IMG/VR virus record: IMGVR_UViG_3300007644_000002
Span: 18,715 to 82,714 of that record
Reading direction: 5' to 3' (one strand)
Source: a virus
Length of the DNA stretch: 64,000 nt
Below, piece after piece: positions 29,138-39,033 of this stretch (position 1 is its first letter; every line of letters starts with the position of its first letter). Below the pieces are notes generated by a model. It saw nothing but the letters and a program-made list of their open reading frames with translations, was not told the origin of the DNA and ran no database searches. A program made the position numbers and the translations under genes.

Positions 29138-29908
29138 TTACCCTACAAAAAAGATTGGGCCTTCGTCTTCCTCTTCACGGAATTTCTCCATGATTTTTTC
29201 GATGTCTTGTAGAGCATCTTCATAGATTTGACGAGCGTTTACAGTGACACCGCCTGGCAATGTCATTCCATCAAACTTAATCAAGTTAGTACCCCACTGT
29301 CTCTTAATGAGCGCAGTACAATATGATTTGAGAAAACGATGATTCCAAAGAGAGTTATATTCTGTTATTGAATCGTCTGGGTCTCTAATACCATATACCT
29401 CAAATACGATATAATCCCCCGCAGTAAGTTTGCTTTTACCTATAGTTAGATTTATTCTATTATATTGTCTATCGAATAAAATCTCTGGTTGTCCAGTTAA
29501 CTTCATGTCCAACAACGATAAGTGTTGCTGCATCTGTTCGTACTGAGCAAGGTCTCCCAAGATGCCATTTCCGGCAACAAAGTCTGACATGGTAAATTTC
29601 ATGTACTGCCATGCGTCACTGAACCATCCATTCTGTGAACCGTTAAAGGACATGGGGAGCATACGAACTACACTTATCATATCCAAATTGTCAGGAAAAT
29701 CGATAGATTGATTGTCGATATCTTCCTGAGTCAATTGATGCTTCAAGTAAAAGCGTTTACTTCCATCTGGATGAAATTCACGAAACCACTGAAGTGCTTC
29801 GTCTACACGGTCATCCAATTGTTCTTCATCTATATTGACTTCTACTACTGGGTGCCCTAATGCACGCAAGCAATAGTCCATCAAATCATCTCGGTTAGTT
29901 ACATACAT
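29138..29908 (-). CDS. gp13: neck protein gp13
   Basis: YCLRALGHPVVEVN, IKRQWGTNLIKF.G..LPGGVT.N; late promoter 29937-29944. Confidence 0.96.
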   Translation of the reverse strand: MYVTNRDDLMDYCLRALGHPVVEVNIDEEQLDDRVDEALQWFREFHPDGSKRFYLKHQLTQEDIDNQSIDFPDNLDMISVVRMLPMSFNGSQNGWFSDAWQYMKFTMSDFVAGNGILGDLAQYEQMQQHLSLLDMKLTGQPEILFDRQYNRINLTIGKSKLTAGDYIVFEVYGIRDPDDSITEYNSLWNHRFLKSYCTALIKRQWGTNLIKFDGMTLPGGVTVNARQIYEDALQDIEKIMEKFREEEDEGPIFFVG

Positions 29909-29961
29909 GAGGTGCGTCCTAAAGTTATTCTAGTTCTATTTATACGTTTTATAGCGCACAT

Positions 29962-29990
29962 AAAAAAAGGGACACCGAAGTGTCCCCTTT
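29962..29990 (-). terminator. terminator after fibre genes
   Basis: GGGGACAC-TTCG-GTGTCCC followed by a T run. Confidence 0.85.
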
Positions 29991-30012
29991 CGCATACTAC
30001 TTATTAGTAATA

Positions 30013-33000
30013 TTAGTTTACAATAACACCATTGATATCATAGATGTCAATACGGTAGTGAGAAGGAGCTTGTCCACCCAAACCGTTCGCGTTAGTAGAT
30101 GATGCTACGTGTAGAGATGAAGCAGTTTCCGCTTCGTCAATCTTGATTTCACCAGTGGTTGAATTGTAAGTGATACATAGACCACCAGACAATACCGACT
30201 TAGTACGTTCCGGAGTCCAGTACTTGTTAGTACCTTCACTTAGGTCATCAGTGTCCCAATTTTCGATAGCACCTACTTTAGTATTTAAAGTAGAGATACT
30301 AGCATTGTTAGAACTGACCAATCCTTGTAACGTTCCATCAGCAGATTGGAAAGCAGCAACAATCTCTGTCAATGAATCCAAAGCAGCTGGATCAGTGTTA
30401 GAGACAATACTGTTAATCTGATTCTGAAGTGAATTATCACCAGCAACACGTAACGCAACTTCTGTGTTAATGTTATTCTGGAGAGTAGTATCACCGGCAG
30501 CACGAACAACCAATTCGGCAGCAAGACCGACCTGTAGGTCACTATCAGCAGCCGCACGAGTTGATGCTTCTGTATCAATGTTACCCTGTAAGAGGATATC
30601 CGCAGCAGAACGAGCTGATGCTTCCGAAGTAATCGCAGTATCGTTGACACCTTCCGCAGCAGTAGCACGAGTGATTTCGTTACTGATTGAAGTGACAGCA
30701 GTATTTAATTCACCGTGTAGTTCGTTGATAGCAACTGCTAGTGAAGCAGCAGTAGTATCAAGAGCAGTACCTATACCAGTGAATGTCTGTAACGAATCAA
30801 CATTACCTTCTTCAGTAGACAGACGACCACCCTGAACAGCTACTGTAGATGCTGTGGCAGATGCGAGTCCCTGAACCACTGCCATATCTGAGTCTAAAGT
30901 ATCTACACGACCGTCAATAACATTAATCGCTGAAGAGTTTCCACTCATCAATGACTGTAAATTACCGTCAGCAGCCTCAAACGCAGCAACAACTTCTACT
31001 ATAGTATCTAGAGCAGGAATTGTACCGGTAGTGATTGCGTTAACCGCATTCTGTACAGAAGTAATTGCCGCTTGTAGGTTGTTATCACCTGTGATACGAG
31101 CAGTATTAGCATTCGCAACATCAGTGATTAGACCTGATACAGCGTTTGCGCGTGAAGTAACTTCTGCTGTAATCTGACTCTGTAGATCACTGTCAGCACT
31201 TTCGCGAGCAAGTTGTTCCGCATCAATATTACTCTGGAGAGTAGTATCAGCAGACGCACGGGTTGATGCTTCAGATGAAATTGCTGTCGCATTAACACCT
31301 TCCGCAGCAGTAGCACGAGTAACTTCTGCCGTGATATTACCTTGAAGTACACTATCAGCAGACGCACGGGTTGATGCTTCAGTAGACGCACCAGAACTTA
31401 GAGTATGAATCTGTCCCTGTAGGTCATTGTCTAGAGCAGTAACCGCAGATGCGATATCTGCCGCAACAGCTGATTTTGCTTTAGCATCAGTAAAGTACTC
31501 ATTAGAACCTTCCACTAGGTCGCTAGTAGATAGCGCAATCTTAGTGTAAGAAGAACCGTCGAATACTTCCCACTGATCTGAGGTTTCATTCCATCGAATC
31601 TGAGCAGCAGCTTCGTCACCACGCATTACGCGGAAACCAGCATTCTCAGTCGGAGTACCAGAAGTAACATTTGAGTTCAAGTCAATGATGTTATCTGCTA
31701 ATGAGATAGTCTCAGAGTTAACTGTAGTTACAGTACCTTGAACAGATAAATTACCTTGAACATCAACGTCGCCTAAGAAAGACTTATTACCTACGTGATC
31801 AGCAGCAATCTTACTATCAACATATCCTTTGTTAGCAGCTTCGCCGTCTGTTTGTGGAACCGCAACATTAAAGATGCAGTTACCATTCATTTCAACGTCA
31901 CCGCCGAATTGAGTAGCAGCGCCACCAACAGTTGTGATTGTTTTGCCAGAAGACAGGATAAAATTAGATTTAACCTGAATAGATTCTGAACCAGCGTTTA
32001 GATCAATTACACCACCACCGGAAGTACCGAATGATAGGTTCTGACCTGAGTCCGCGTACATTGTGATTGTACCGCTGTTGTCCTCAAGGATTTTAGTACC
32101 GTTGATGTATAATGAGCCAGGGCCGATATACACATCACGCCATACTTTGTCCGGAGAACCAAGACTATACGTGTCATCTAGAGAAGGAACCAAATTCTGC
32201 CCGATAGATGTACCATCAATAGAGATAGTACCACCAGATACACTAACACCGTCACCAGCAACTAGGTTAGTTGAAAACTCACCGGTTGATTGGTTATAAG
32301 ACAATCCAGTACCAGCTTGTACCGACGCACGTGCCTTGGCAGTAGTGAAGTACTCATTAGAACCTTGTGGAATATCAGTAGTAGAATATCCTTCTACCGC
32401 AGTTATACGAGAACTTAACGCGGTATCAGCAGCGGCACGAGTATTCGCTTCAGCGTCAACAGTGCTACTAACAATAGAAACCGCATATGCGTTCGCTGCC
32501 ACTTTGGCAGCATCTGCCTTAGTAGTTGCGTCTGCGGATGCCGTAGTTTCCGCCGCCAGTTGGGCAGCGTCTGCTTTAGAAGTCGCGTCTGCGGATGAGG
32601 TAGCGATTGCTGCAAGGACATCACTGTCACGAGCAGATTCTTCCGCACTAAATGATGCAGCAACATCAGATGCGTTTGCCTTGAGACCAAGAGCAGCAGT
32701 AGTCGCAGTATCGTCAGCTTTAGTTGCGATAGACGCAGTAATTGATGACGCAAAGTTCGCGTCGTCACCCAAGGCAGCTGCCAACTCGTTAAGAGTATCT
32801 AGTGCGCCAGGAGCAGAAGCAACCAATGCGGCAACTTCAGTATCAGTATATGCGTTTGCAGCAGCTTCAGCAGCGTCTGCTTTAGTAGTTGCGTCAGCAG
32901 ATGCTGCAGAGATTGCTTCTGATTTAGCAGTATTAATTGCTGAAGTTAGAGTTGTAGTATCTCCGGTCTGCGCACTTTTTACAGTAGCAACTTCAGATAC

Positions 33001-33441
33001 TAGTTCGTTAATTGCCGGAACAACATTAGTCGCGACAGTTGAAAGTGAAGCACCACCTTTGACAAATGTTTCTAGGACACCAATATCGGAATCTAAGCCA
33101 CTAATGTCAGCAGGAGTTGCGACTCCACTCGCCAGAGTGTTATTAATTGTAGTAATAGCAGATGCGTTAGCAGCAACAGTTCCGGTTAAAGTACTGTCCG
33201 CAGCTTCAAAAGCAGCAACAATCTCTTGTAAAGTATCCAGAGATTCCGGAGAACTCCCAAGAATTGTAGTTACCTGTGCCTGCAAATCAGCCAAGTCGCC
33301 TGCGGTTAGTGACGCAACTGCGGTAGCAATCGCATCCGCACTAACGTTACCGTTCGCATCAATGATAGTAATATCATCGATAGACAGTTCACCGATTATG
33401 TTAACGCCATTCTGAATTCTAAATTTTTTGTTCGAAGACAT
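30013..33441 (-). CDS. long coiled-coil fibre/whisker-like virion protein
   Basis: Ala/Thr-rich E..RA.AD repeats, recurrent LDTL.EIVAAF and STxDLxEGxNxYFT modules; fibritin (wac) genomic position before gp13. Confidence 0.7.
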   Translation of the reverse strand: MSSNKKFRIQNGVNIIGELSIDDITIIDANGNVSADAIATAVASLTAGDLADLQAQVTTILGSSPESLDTLQEIVAAFEAADSTLTGTVAANASAITTINNTLASGVATPADISGLDSDIGVLETFVKGGASLSTVATNVVPAINELVSEVATVKSAQTGDTTTLTSAINTAKSEAISAASADATTKADAAEAAANAYTDTEVAALVASAPGALDTLNELAAALGDDANFASSITASIATKADDTATTAALGLKANASDVAASFSAEESARDSDVLAAIATSSADATSKADAAQLAAETTASADATTKADAAKVAANAYAVSIVSSTVDAEANTRAAADTALSSRITAVEGYSTTDIPQGSNEYFTTAKARASVQAGTGLSYNQSTGEFSTNLVAGDGVSVSGGTISIDGTSIGQNLVPSLDDTYSLGSPDKVWRDVYIGPGSLYINGTKILEDNSGTITMYADSGQNLSFGTSGGGVIDLNAGSESIQVKSNFILSSGKTITTVGGAATQFGGDVEMNGNCIFNVAVPQTDGEAANKGYVDSKIAADHVGNKSFLGDVDVQGNLSVQGTVTTVNSETISLADNIIDLNSNVTSGTPTENAGFRVMRGDEAAAQIRWNETSDQWEVFDGSSYTKIALSTSDLVEGSNEYFTDAKAKSAVAADIASAVTALDNDLQGQIHTLSSGASTEASTRASADSVLQGNITAEVTRATAAEGVNATAISSEASTRASADTTLQSNIDAEQLARESADSDLQSQITAEVTSRANAVSGLITDVANANTARITGDNNLQAAITSVQNAVNAITTGTIPALDTIVEVVAAFEAADGNLQSLMSGNSSAINVIDGRVDTLDSDMAVVQGLASATASTVAVQGGRLSTEEGNVDSLQTFTGIGTALDTTAASLAVAINELHGELNTAVTSISNEITRATAAEGVNDTAITSEASARSAADILLQGNIDTEASTRAAADSDLQVGLAAELVVRAAGDTTLQNNINTEVALRVAGDNSLQNQINSIVSNTDPAALDSLTEIVAAFQSADGTLQGLVSSNNASISTLNTKVGAIENWDTDDLSEGTNKYWTPERTKSVLSGGLCITYNSTTGEIKIDEAETASSLHVASSTNANGLGGQAPSHYRIDIYDINGVIVN

Positions 33442-33471
33442 TTTATTACCTTTGTTTTAGAATTTTTATTT

Positions 33472-33497
33472 GCGGAGGGGGACGAATCCCCCTCCAC
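33472..33497 (-). terminator. GC-rich hairpin between the two coiled-coil fibre genes
   Basis: GGAGGGGG-ATTCGT-CCCCCTCC stem on minus strand; weak U tail. Confidence 0.45.
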
Positions 33498-33512
33498 CTA
33501 GGGTTAAAGTTA

Positions 33513-36500
33513 TTATGCGTCGACGTATGTAGCAGATACAGAAACTACAGAACCAGCTGATACAGAAGTGTATAATAGTTCAACAGTAGAACCAGTAACA
33601 CGTATATCAGTATCACCTAGTAATGCCGCACCAGTGTATACGATACCGTATTCAGTGATGAAAGCGTCAGTTCCGTTGTGAATAACTAGACATTCGCGTG
33701 TTTCGAACTCACTACCATTTGCGACAGTAACGATGTACTTAGCAGTTCGGTAGTTTGCTGAGTTGAATGAAGAAACTACTGTAGCAGAAGTTCCTACAAC
33801 AATATCATTGCCTTGTTCGAAGACTTTGATGTTATCAGCAAGAGTTTCTAGACCAACAGACTTAGGATCTAGTACACCAACCGAGTTAGTAGACTGAGCG
33901 ATAACTACCGCTTGTGTACCAACAGGAATCGCTGCGTTGAAACTGATTGTCTGTGCTTCAGAGTCGATGTTATAGTGTACAGATGGATCCTGTACAACAC
34001 CACCAACAAATACCATCGCGTTAGCTTCTAGAGTTGCGAAGTTTAATGCGAATGTAGTCTGAGCACCGTCACCACTAATAGTCTGACGTTGAGCATTGTT
34101 AAACGCCAGCTGTGTTGGGTCAACAAGTTCGATACCAGAACCATCAGTCTTAACACGAGCAACAAAACCTTCCTTACCAGTGATAGTTGAATCTGTAACA
34201 TCAGTTAGTTCAACGAATGCCTTAGCAGTGTTTAAAGAGAACACACCGTTTGTTACAGAAACATTACCTTCACCAGAAACGTCAGTGACGGATACTGCCG
34301 CGTGAACGCGAGCATTTGTGAAGTAAAGGTTAGTACCATTCGGATCTTCTAGAAGGTCGCTAGTATCAAACTGAGAGATATGCTGTGCAGCAAGACCCGC
34401 GTCCAACTGACCTTTGTTAACTGCGTCAGCATAAACCGTACCGTCTGCAAGACCACCGACCTTGTTACCGGACATGTCTAGATCGCCAGACATCGCATCG
34501 CCAGACTTAGAAACCTTACCGTTAATGTTTGTCTGAAGAAGAGTGTCAGCAGCAGCGAACTCACCACGAATCGCAGAACCCTGTGCCGCACGTGCGGTAA
34601 GTTCCGCAGCAAGACCTGAAGCGTTAGTTGCGATATCAGTTTGGTTCTGAGATACTAGACCAGTAAGAGTACCGTCAGCAGCCTGGAAGGCAGCTACGAT
34701 TTCAGTTAACGAATCCAGAGCAGCAGAATCAGTGTTGGCTTTAATAAAGTCGATCTGAGACTGTAAGTTAGCATCGGCACTTTGACGTGAATTAGATTCA
34801 GTCACAATCGAAGCAGCGTTAATAGAAACGTTAGATGTCAATACACCTTCAGCAGCAAGAGCACGTGATACTTCCGCGTCAAGACTAACCTGTAGGTCAG
34901 AGTCGCCCGCGATTCTAGCAGCAATTTCGTTGTTGATTGAAGTAGTGTTTGCGCCTTCAGCAGCAAGAGCACGAGTCTGTTCCGCTTTAAGAGCAGCATC
35001 CAATTTACTATCAGCATCTTTCAATGTAACAGCAGTGTCTAGGAAGTTAGTACCACTTGGAGCAACATAGTTACCGTTAGCAGCAAGACCAGCACCTGAC
35101 TGAGTCGCAGTCATTTCAGTTTCAAGTACAGTAGCACGTGAACTTAGAGTAGCGTCAGCACTTAGACGGGCAGTTACTTCAGCATCGATTGCGGATTGTA
35201 ATACGGCATCAGCGTTCGTGCGATCAACTACTTCGTCACCAACAATAGTGTCTGCGTAAATCTTAGCAGCTGCTTCAGCGTTGTTCGCTTTAGTAGTTGC
35301 GTCGACAGAGGCAGATGAAAGAACAACCGCATCGGCAGCAATGTAAGCAGAAGTTATGGCAGTATCAGCAGCAGCAAATTCTGAACGGATGGCAGTTTCC
35401 TGACCAAGCGCACGAGAAGATTCAGCTGAGATAGCAGCAGCGTTTGAAAGGATGTCCGCTTCCGCAGAATCTACGCGAGCCTCAATAGCATTAATTTCAC
35501 CGTGTAGTTCGTTCGAAGAACCAACAGCAGTTTGTGAAGTTGTAGCGAATACGCCAGAACCCATCTTAGATTCTAGTGAGTCGATGTCACCTTCGTTAAC
35601 TGTTAAACGACCTGCCTGTAGAGCTTGTTCAGCTTCAACAGCATTCATTTCGCCTTCTAGAACTGTGACTTGACCTTCAACAGCAGTCATCTCACCTTGT
35701 AGTGTAGAAACTTTACCAGCTTCAACATCTAGTTCAGAGTGGATTTCATTGATAGCAGCAGATAGGTTAGTAGCAGTAGTACCTAGAGTGGCAACGCCAA
35801 CTTTAGATTCTAGACCGTCAATGTCACCTTCGTTAACTGTTAGACGACCACCTTGTGCTAATTGCACAGACTCAAGAGTAGTAGCACGACCTTCAAGAGC
35901 AGTTGAGCGTGACTCTAAATCAGTAGCGCGTACTTCAACAGCATCGATGTCACTTTCAGCAGCAGTCAAACGACCAGAGTTGTTATTGATAATGTTCTGG
36001 ATGTCTGAATCAGCACCTTCGAACGCAGCAACGATTTCTTGAAGTGTATCAAGAGTTTCTGGAGAAGTACCGATGATAGCATCAACACGACCGGTTACTG
36101 TGTTAACGTCAGTGCGTAGACCAGACTCAATGCCAGTAGCACGAACGATTTCTGCAGCAAGACCAGATGCGTTAACACCTTCTGCGGCAGTAGCACGAGC
36201 GATTTCAACAGAAAGATCAGAGTCAACACCAGAGATTGATAGGGCATTCGCGTCAACGTCAGTACGTAGAGCAACATCGCCAGCAGCACGTAATCCAGCT
36301 TCAGTTGCGATTGAAGTTGCGTTAACACCTTCCGCAGCAGTAGCACGAGCGATTTCTGCAGCAAGACCAGATGCGTTGACAGCTTCAGCAGCAAGAGCAC
36401 GAGTAGTCTCGACACTAATTGCGGCAGCGTTAGCAGCACCAGTAACAGTGTTTGCGTCTACATCAACACGTAGTCCACTTTCGACACCAGATGCGCGAGT

Positions 36501-38543
36501 TACTTCGTTAGAGATTGCGGTTGCGTTAGCAACTTCTGCCGCAGTAGCACGAGTAGTTTCCGCTAGGATTGCTGATGCGTTAACACCTTCCGCAGCAGTA
36601 GCACGAGTGATTTCTGCAGCAAGACCTGCCTGAACACTTGCGTCTCCAGATACACGTAGAGCAGTCTCAGCAAGGATGTCTGCTTCAACAGTATCCATCT
36701 CACCTTGAAGAGTTGAAACATCACCTTCTAATGCAGATGCGCGTAGAGACAATGCGTTATCAGCTGCCAAACGAGTTGCTGCTTCAGCAGAAACCTTTGT
36801 GTCAGTGTAAGTAGATGCTTGAGATTTAGCAGTTGCGATACGAGCAGTAAGAGTATTACCAACAGTACCATCAACAGATGCGTCACCGATAAGTGCGGTG
36901 TCTTGTGCGTCTGCGTGAACGATAGCGGCAGCTTCAGCAGCGTCTGCTTTAGAAGTCGCATCTGTTTGGGCAGATACAAGAGTTGCGGCATCACCGGCAA
37001 TTCGAGCAGTTGCTTCAGCAGTAATATTAGATTGTAAAGTAGTATCAGCACCTGAGCGAGTTGATGCTTCAGTTGTGATATTAGTTTGTAGTACTGAGTC
37101 CGCAGATGCGCGAACACCAGCTTCAGCATTAATTGCTACAGTGTTTGACGCGATCAACGCAGACATATCAGAGTCAGCAGATACGAACGCAGCAACGATT
37201 TCAGTCAATGAATCAAGAGCGGCGGGATCGGTGTTAGCAATAACATTGTCCAATTTCGCTTCGATTCGACTTTCTTCACCAGTCGCACGACTAGTCTCTG
37301 TAGAGATTGCGGAAGCATTAACGCCTTCAGCAGCAGTAGCACGAGCGATTTCTGCGTCTAGACCTGATTGAAGGTCACTATCGGCAAGAGCAAATTCACT
37401 ACGAATAGCAGATTCTTGACCCTGCGCACGAGTTGTTTCAGTAGCAACTGCTGAACTAACACGATCAGTAACAGTATTACCTGAAGAACCGTCGACAGAT
37501 GCGTCACCGATTAGTAGGTTGTCATTTGCTTTAGCAGATACAAGAGTTGCAGCATCACCATTAGTAATCAATGAAGTCATGTCAACGCGGACTGAAGTGT
37601 CAGCAGCGGCACGAGCAGTGATTTCTGCTTGAAGGTTAGTAGCGTTAGCAGCTTCTGCTCCAGTCGCACGAACGATTTCCGCAGCAAGACCAGATGCGTT
37701 AACTTGTTCTGCTTGACCAGCGCGAGAAATTTCTGCGGCAAGATCAGTTTCTAGTGAACTTACATCACCTTCAGCAACAGTCAAACGAGCGTCAAGAGCA
37801 CCATCGGCAGCCAAACGAGTTGCCGCTTCACTAGTGATTGAAGACTGTAGACCAGCTTCAACGCCAGTTGCGCGAGTTACTTCACTAGCGATAGCAGTTG
37901 CGTTAGCAGTCTCAGCAGCAGTGGCGCGAGCGACTTCACCCGAGATAGCACTAGAGTTAGCAATAGTAGACGCGGTCAATACACTATCAGCGTTTTGGAA
38001 AGCAACAACAATTTCTGCTAGAGAGTTAAGTGCGTCAGAATCAGTATTTGTTAGAATGTTATCAATACGAACTGATAAGGCAGCGTCAGCTGTCTGGTAT
38101 GCGGATTCGATTGCGTTTTCGCGAACAGTTGCGCGATTTGTTTCTGTTGAAATAGCAGTTGCGTTAGCAACTTCAGCAGCGGTAGCACGATTTGTTTCAG
38201 TTACGATTGAAGTTGCGTTAACACCTTCAGCAGCAGTAGCACGAGCAGTTTCTACAGCAACAGCAGAAGCAATATCTGCGGCAACAGCGTCTTGAGCGCG
38301 TTGCGGTGTAAAGTACTGTTTGGAACCTTCTGCCAAGTCGTCAGTATCAAAGCTTCCGAAGAATGCCGCAGTACTAATTTTCTTAAGCGAGTCAGAACCT
38401 ACATCGTATAGCAGCGTAAAGCAATCTGCAGGATTGGCCATTCCGGTAAGAAGGGTTTGTCCCGTAACAGCACTTGAGTCTAGTTTGGTACTAATTATAG
38501 ACCGATCTGCTAATGCTGGTGATTTAATTTGTCTAAATGACAT
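33513..38543 (-). CDS. very long coiled-coil fibre protein (1676 aa)
   Basis: Many AEIARATAAEGVNA repeats, four LD/NSL.EIVAAF modules, beta-rich C-terminal domains. Confidence 0.7.
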   Translation of the reverse strand: MSFRQIKSPALADRSIISTKLDSSAVTGQTLLTGMANPADCFTLLYDVGSDSLKKISTAAFFGSFDTDDLAEGSKQYFTPQRAQDAVAADIASAVAVETARATAAEGVNATSIVTETNRATAAEVANATAISTETNRATVRENAIESAYQTADAALSVRIDNILTNTDSDALNSLAEIVVAFQNADSVLTASTIANSSAISGEVARATAAETANATAIASEVTRATGVEAGLQSSITSEAATRLAADGALDARLTVAEGDVSSLETDLAAEISRAGQAEQVNASGLAAEIVRATGAEAANATNLQAEITARAAADTSVRVDMTSLITNGDAATLVSAKANDNLLIGDASVDGSSGNTVTDRVSSAVATETTRAQGQESAIRSEFALADSDLQSGLDAEIARATAAEGVNASAISTETSRATGEESRIEAKLDNVIANTDPAALDSLTEIVAAFVSADSDMSALIASNTVAINAEAGVRASADSVLQTNITTEASTRSGADTTLQSNITAEATARIAGDAATLVSAQTDATSKADAAEAAAIVHADAQDTALIGDASVDGTVGNTLTARIATAKSQASTYTDTKVSAEAATRLAADNALSLRASALEGDVSTLQGEMDTVEADILAETALRVSGDASVQAGLAAEITRATAAEGVNASAILAETTRATAAEVANATAISNEVTRASGVESGLRVDVDANTVTGAANAAAISVETTRALAAEAVNASGLAAEIARATAAEGVNATSIATEAGLRAAGDVALRTDVDANALSISGVDSDLSVEIARATAAEGVNASGLAAEIVRATGIESGLRTDVNTVTGRVDAIIGTSPETLDTLQEIVAAFEGADSDIQNIINNNSGRLTAAESDIDAVEVRATDLESRSTALEGRATTLESVQLAQGGRLTVNEGDIDGLESKVGVATLGTTATNLSAAINEIHSELDVEAGKVSTLQGEMTAVEGQVTVLEGEMNAVEAEQALQAGRLTVNEGDIDSLESKMGSGVFATTSQTAVGSSNELHGEINAIEARVDSAEADILSNAAAISAESSRALGQETAIRSEFAAADTAITSAYIAADAVVLSSASVDATTKANNAEAAAKIYADTIVGDEVVDRTNADAVLQSAIDAEVTARLSADATLSSRATVLETEMTATQSGAGLAANGNYVAPSGTNFLDTAVTLKDADSKLDAALKAEQTRALAAEGANTTSINNEIAARIAGDSDLQVSLDAEVSRALAAEGVLTSNVSINAASIVTESNSRQSADANLQSQIDFIKANTDSAALDSLTEIVAAFQAADGTLTGLVSQNQTDIATNASGLAAELTARAAQGSAIRGEFAAADTLLQTNINGKVSKSGDAMSGDLDMSGNKVGGLADGTVYADAVNKGQLDAGLAAQHISQFDTSDLLEDPNGTNLYFTNARVHAAVSVTDVSGEGNVSVTNGVFSLNTAKAFVELTDVTDSTITGKEGFVARVKTDGSGIELVDPTQLAFNNAQRQTISGDGAQTTFALNFATLEANAMVFVGGVVQDPSVHYNIDSEAQTISFNAAIPVGTQAVVIAQSTNSVGVLDPKSVGLETLADNIKVFEQGNDIVVGTSATVVSSFNSANYRTAKYIVTVANGSEFETRECLVIHNGTDAFITEYGIVYTGAALLGDTDIRVTGSTVELLYTSVSAGSVVSVSATYVDA

Positions 38544-38598
38544 TGAGTAATCTCCATGAGGTTTTAGTTAGGATTGTGTTTAAACGTTTAATAATATA

Positions 38599-38958
38599 CT
38601 AACGAAATTTAATATAAATGTCCGTCCCTTGCGGGGGGATTTCACTGAACTGAATGACATCACCAATAGTGTCATATGTCTCAACATGGTGTTGAAGAAC
38701 ATCATTCACCCAAACATCTACAAGATCCGCCCTAGAAGGAGCAGCATTTAATGTAAATATCGCGGTTTCACCGTCAGCAATAATATGTTGTGCTTCAGGT
38801 ATGATTGAGTTGTCATTGGTGGAAGAAGAAGTACCTTCGATAAGTTCGAATATCTCCGTCTCTGAGCCAGGCGATTCTTCAACTTTAGATTTTTTCTGAG
38901 ATGCTAGATTAAATAAGCTCTCAGCAAATACCCTGTTAAAAGATTTTCCGTTGATCAT
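38599..38958 (-). CDS. small virion structural protein
   Basis: ADGETAIFTL...VWVNDVLQH beta module also seen at the C-terminus of 33513..38543; late promoter 39000-39007. Confidence 0.6.
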   Translation of the reverse strand: MINGKSFNRVFAESLFNLASQKKSKVEESPGSETEIFELIEGTSSSTNDNSIIPEAQHIIADGETAIFTLNAAPSRADLVDVWVNDVLQHHVETYDTIGDVIQFSEIPPQGTDIYIKFR

Positions 38959-39033
38959 AGTGATGTGTCATCTATTTTATTAGAGTTAATATATGATGTT
39001 ATTTATAATAAATAGATTTTCTGATATGAAGTT

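Noticed and set aside
17254-29908. Introns, inteins or homing endonucleases in core genes
   Set aside because: gp17, gp18, gp20 and gp23 are uninterrupted and of ordinary length; no HNH/GIY-YIG/LAGLIDADG motifs noticed
30170-38550. Many plus-strand and alternate-frame ORFs (e.g. 32336..33415, 36073..36633)
   Set aside because: Shadow ORFs of Ala/Thr-rich repetitive genes with biased codons; no RBS or recognisable motifs
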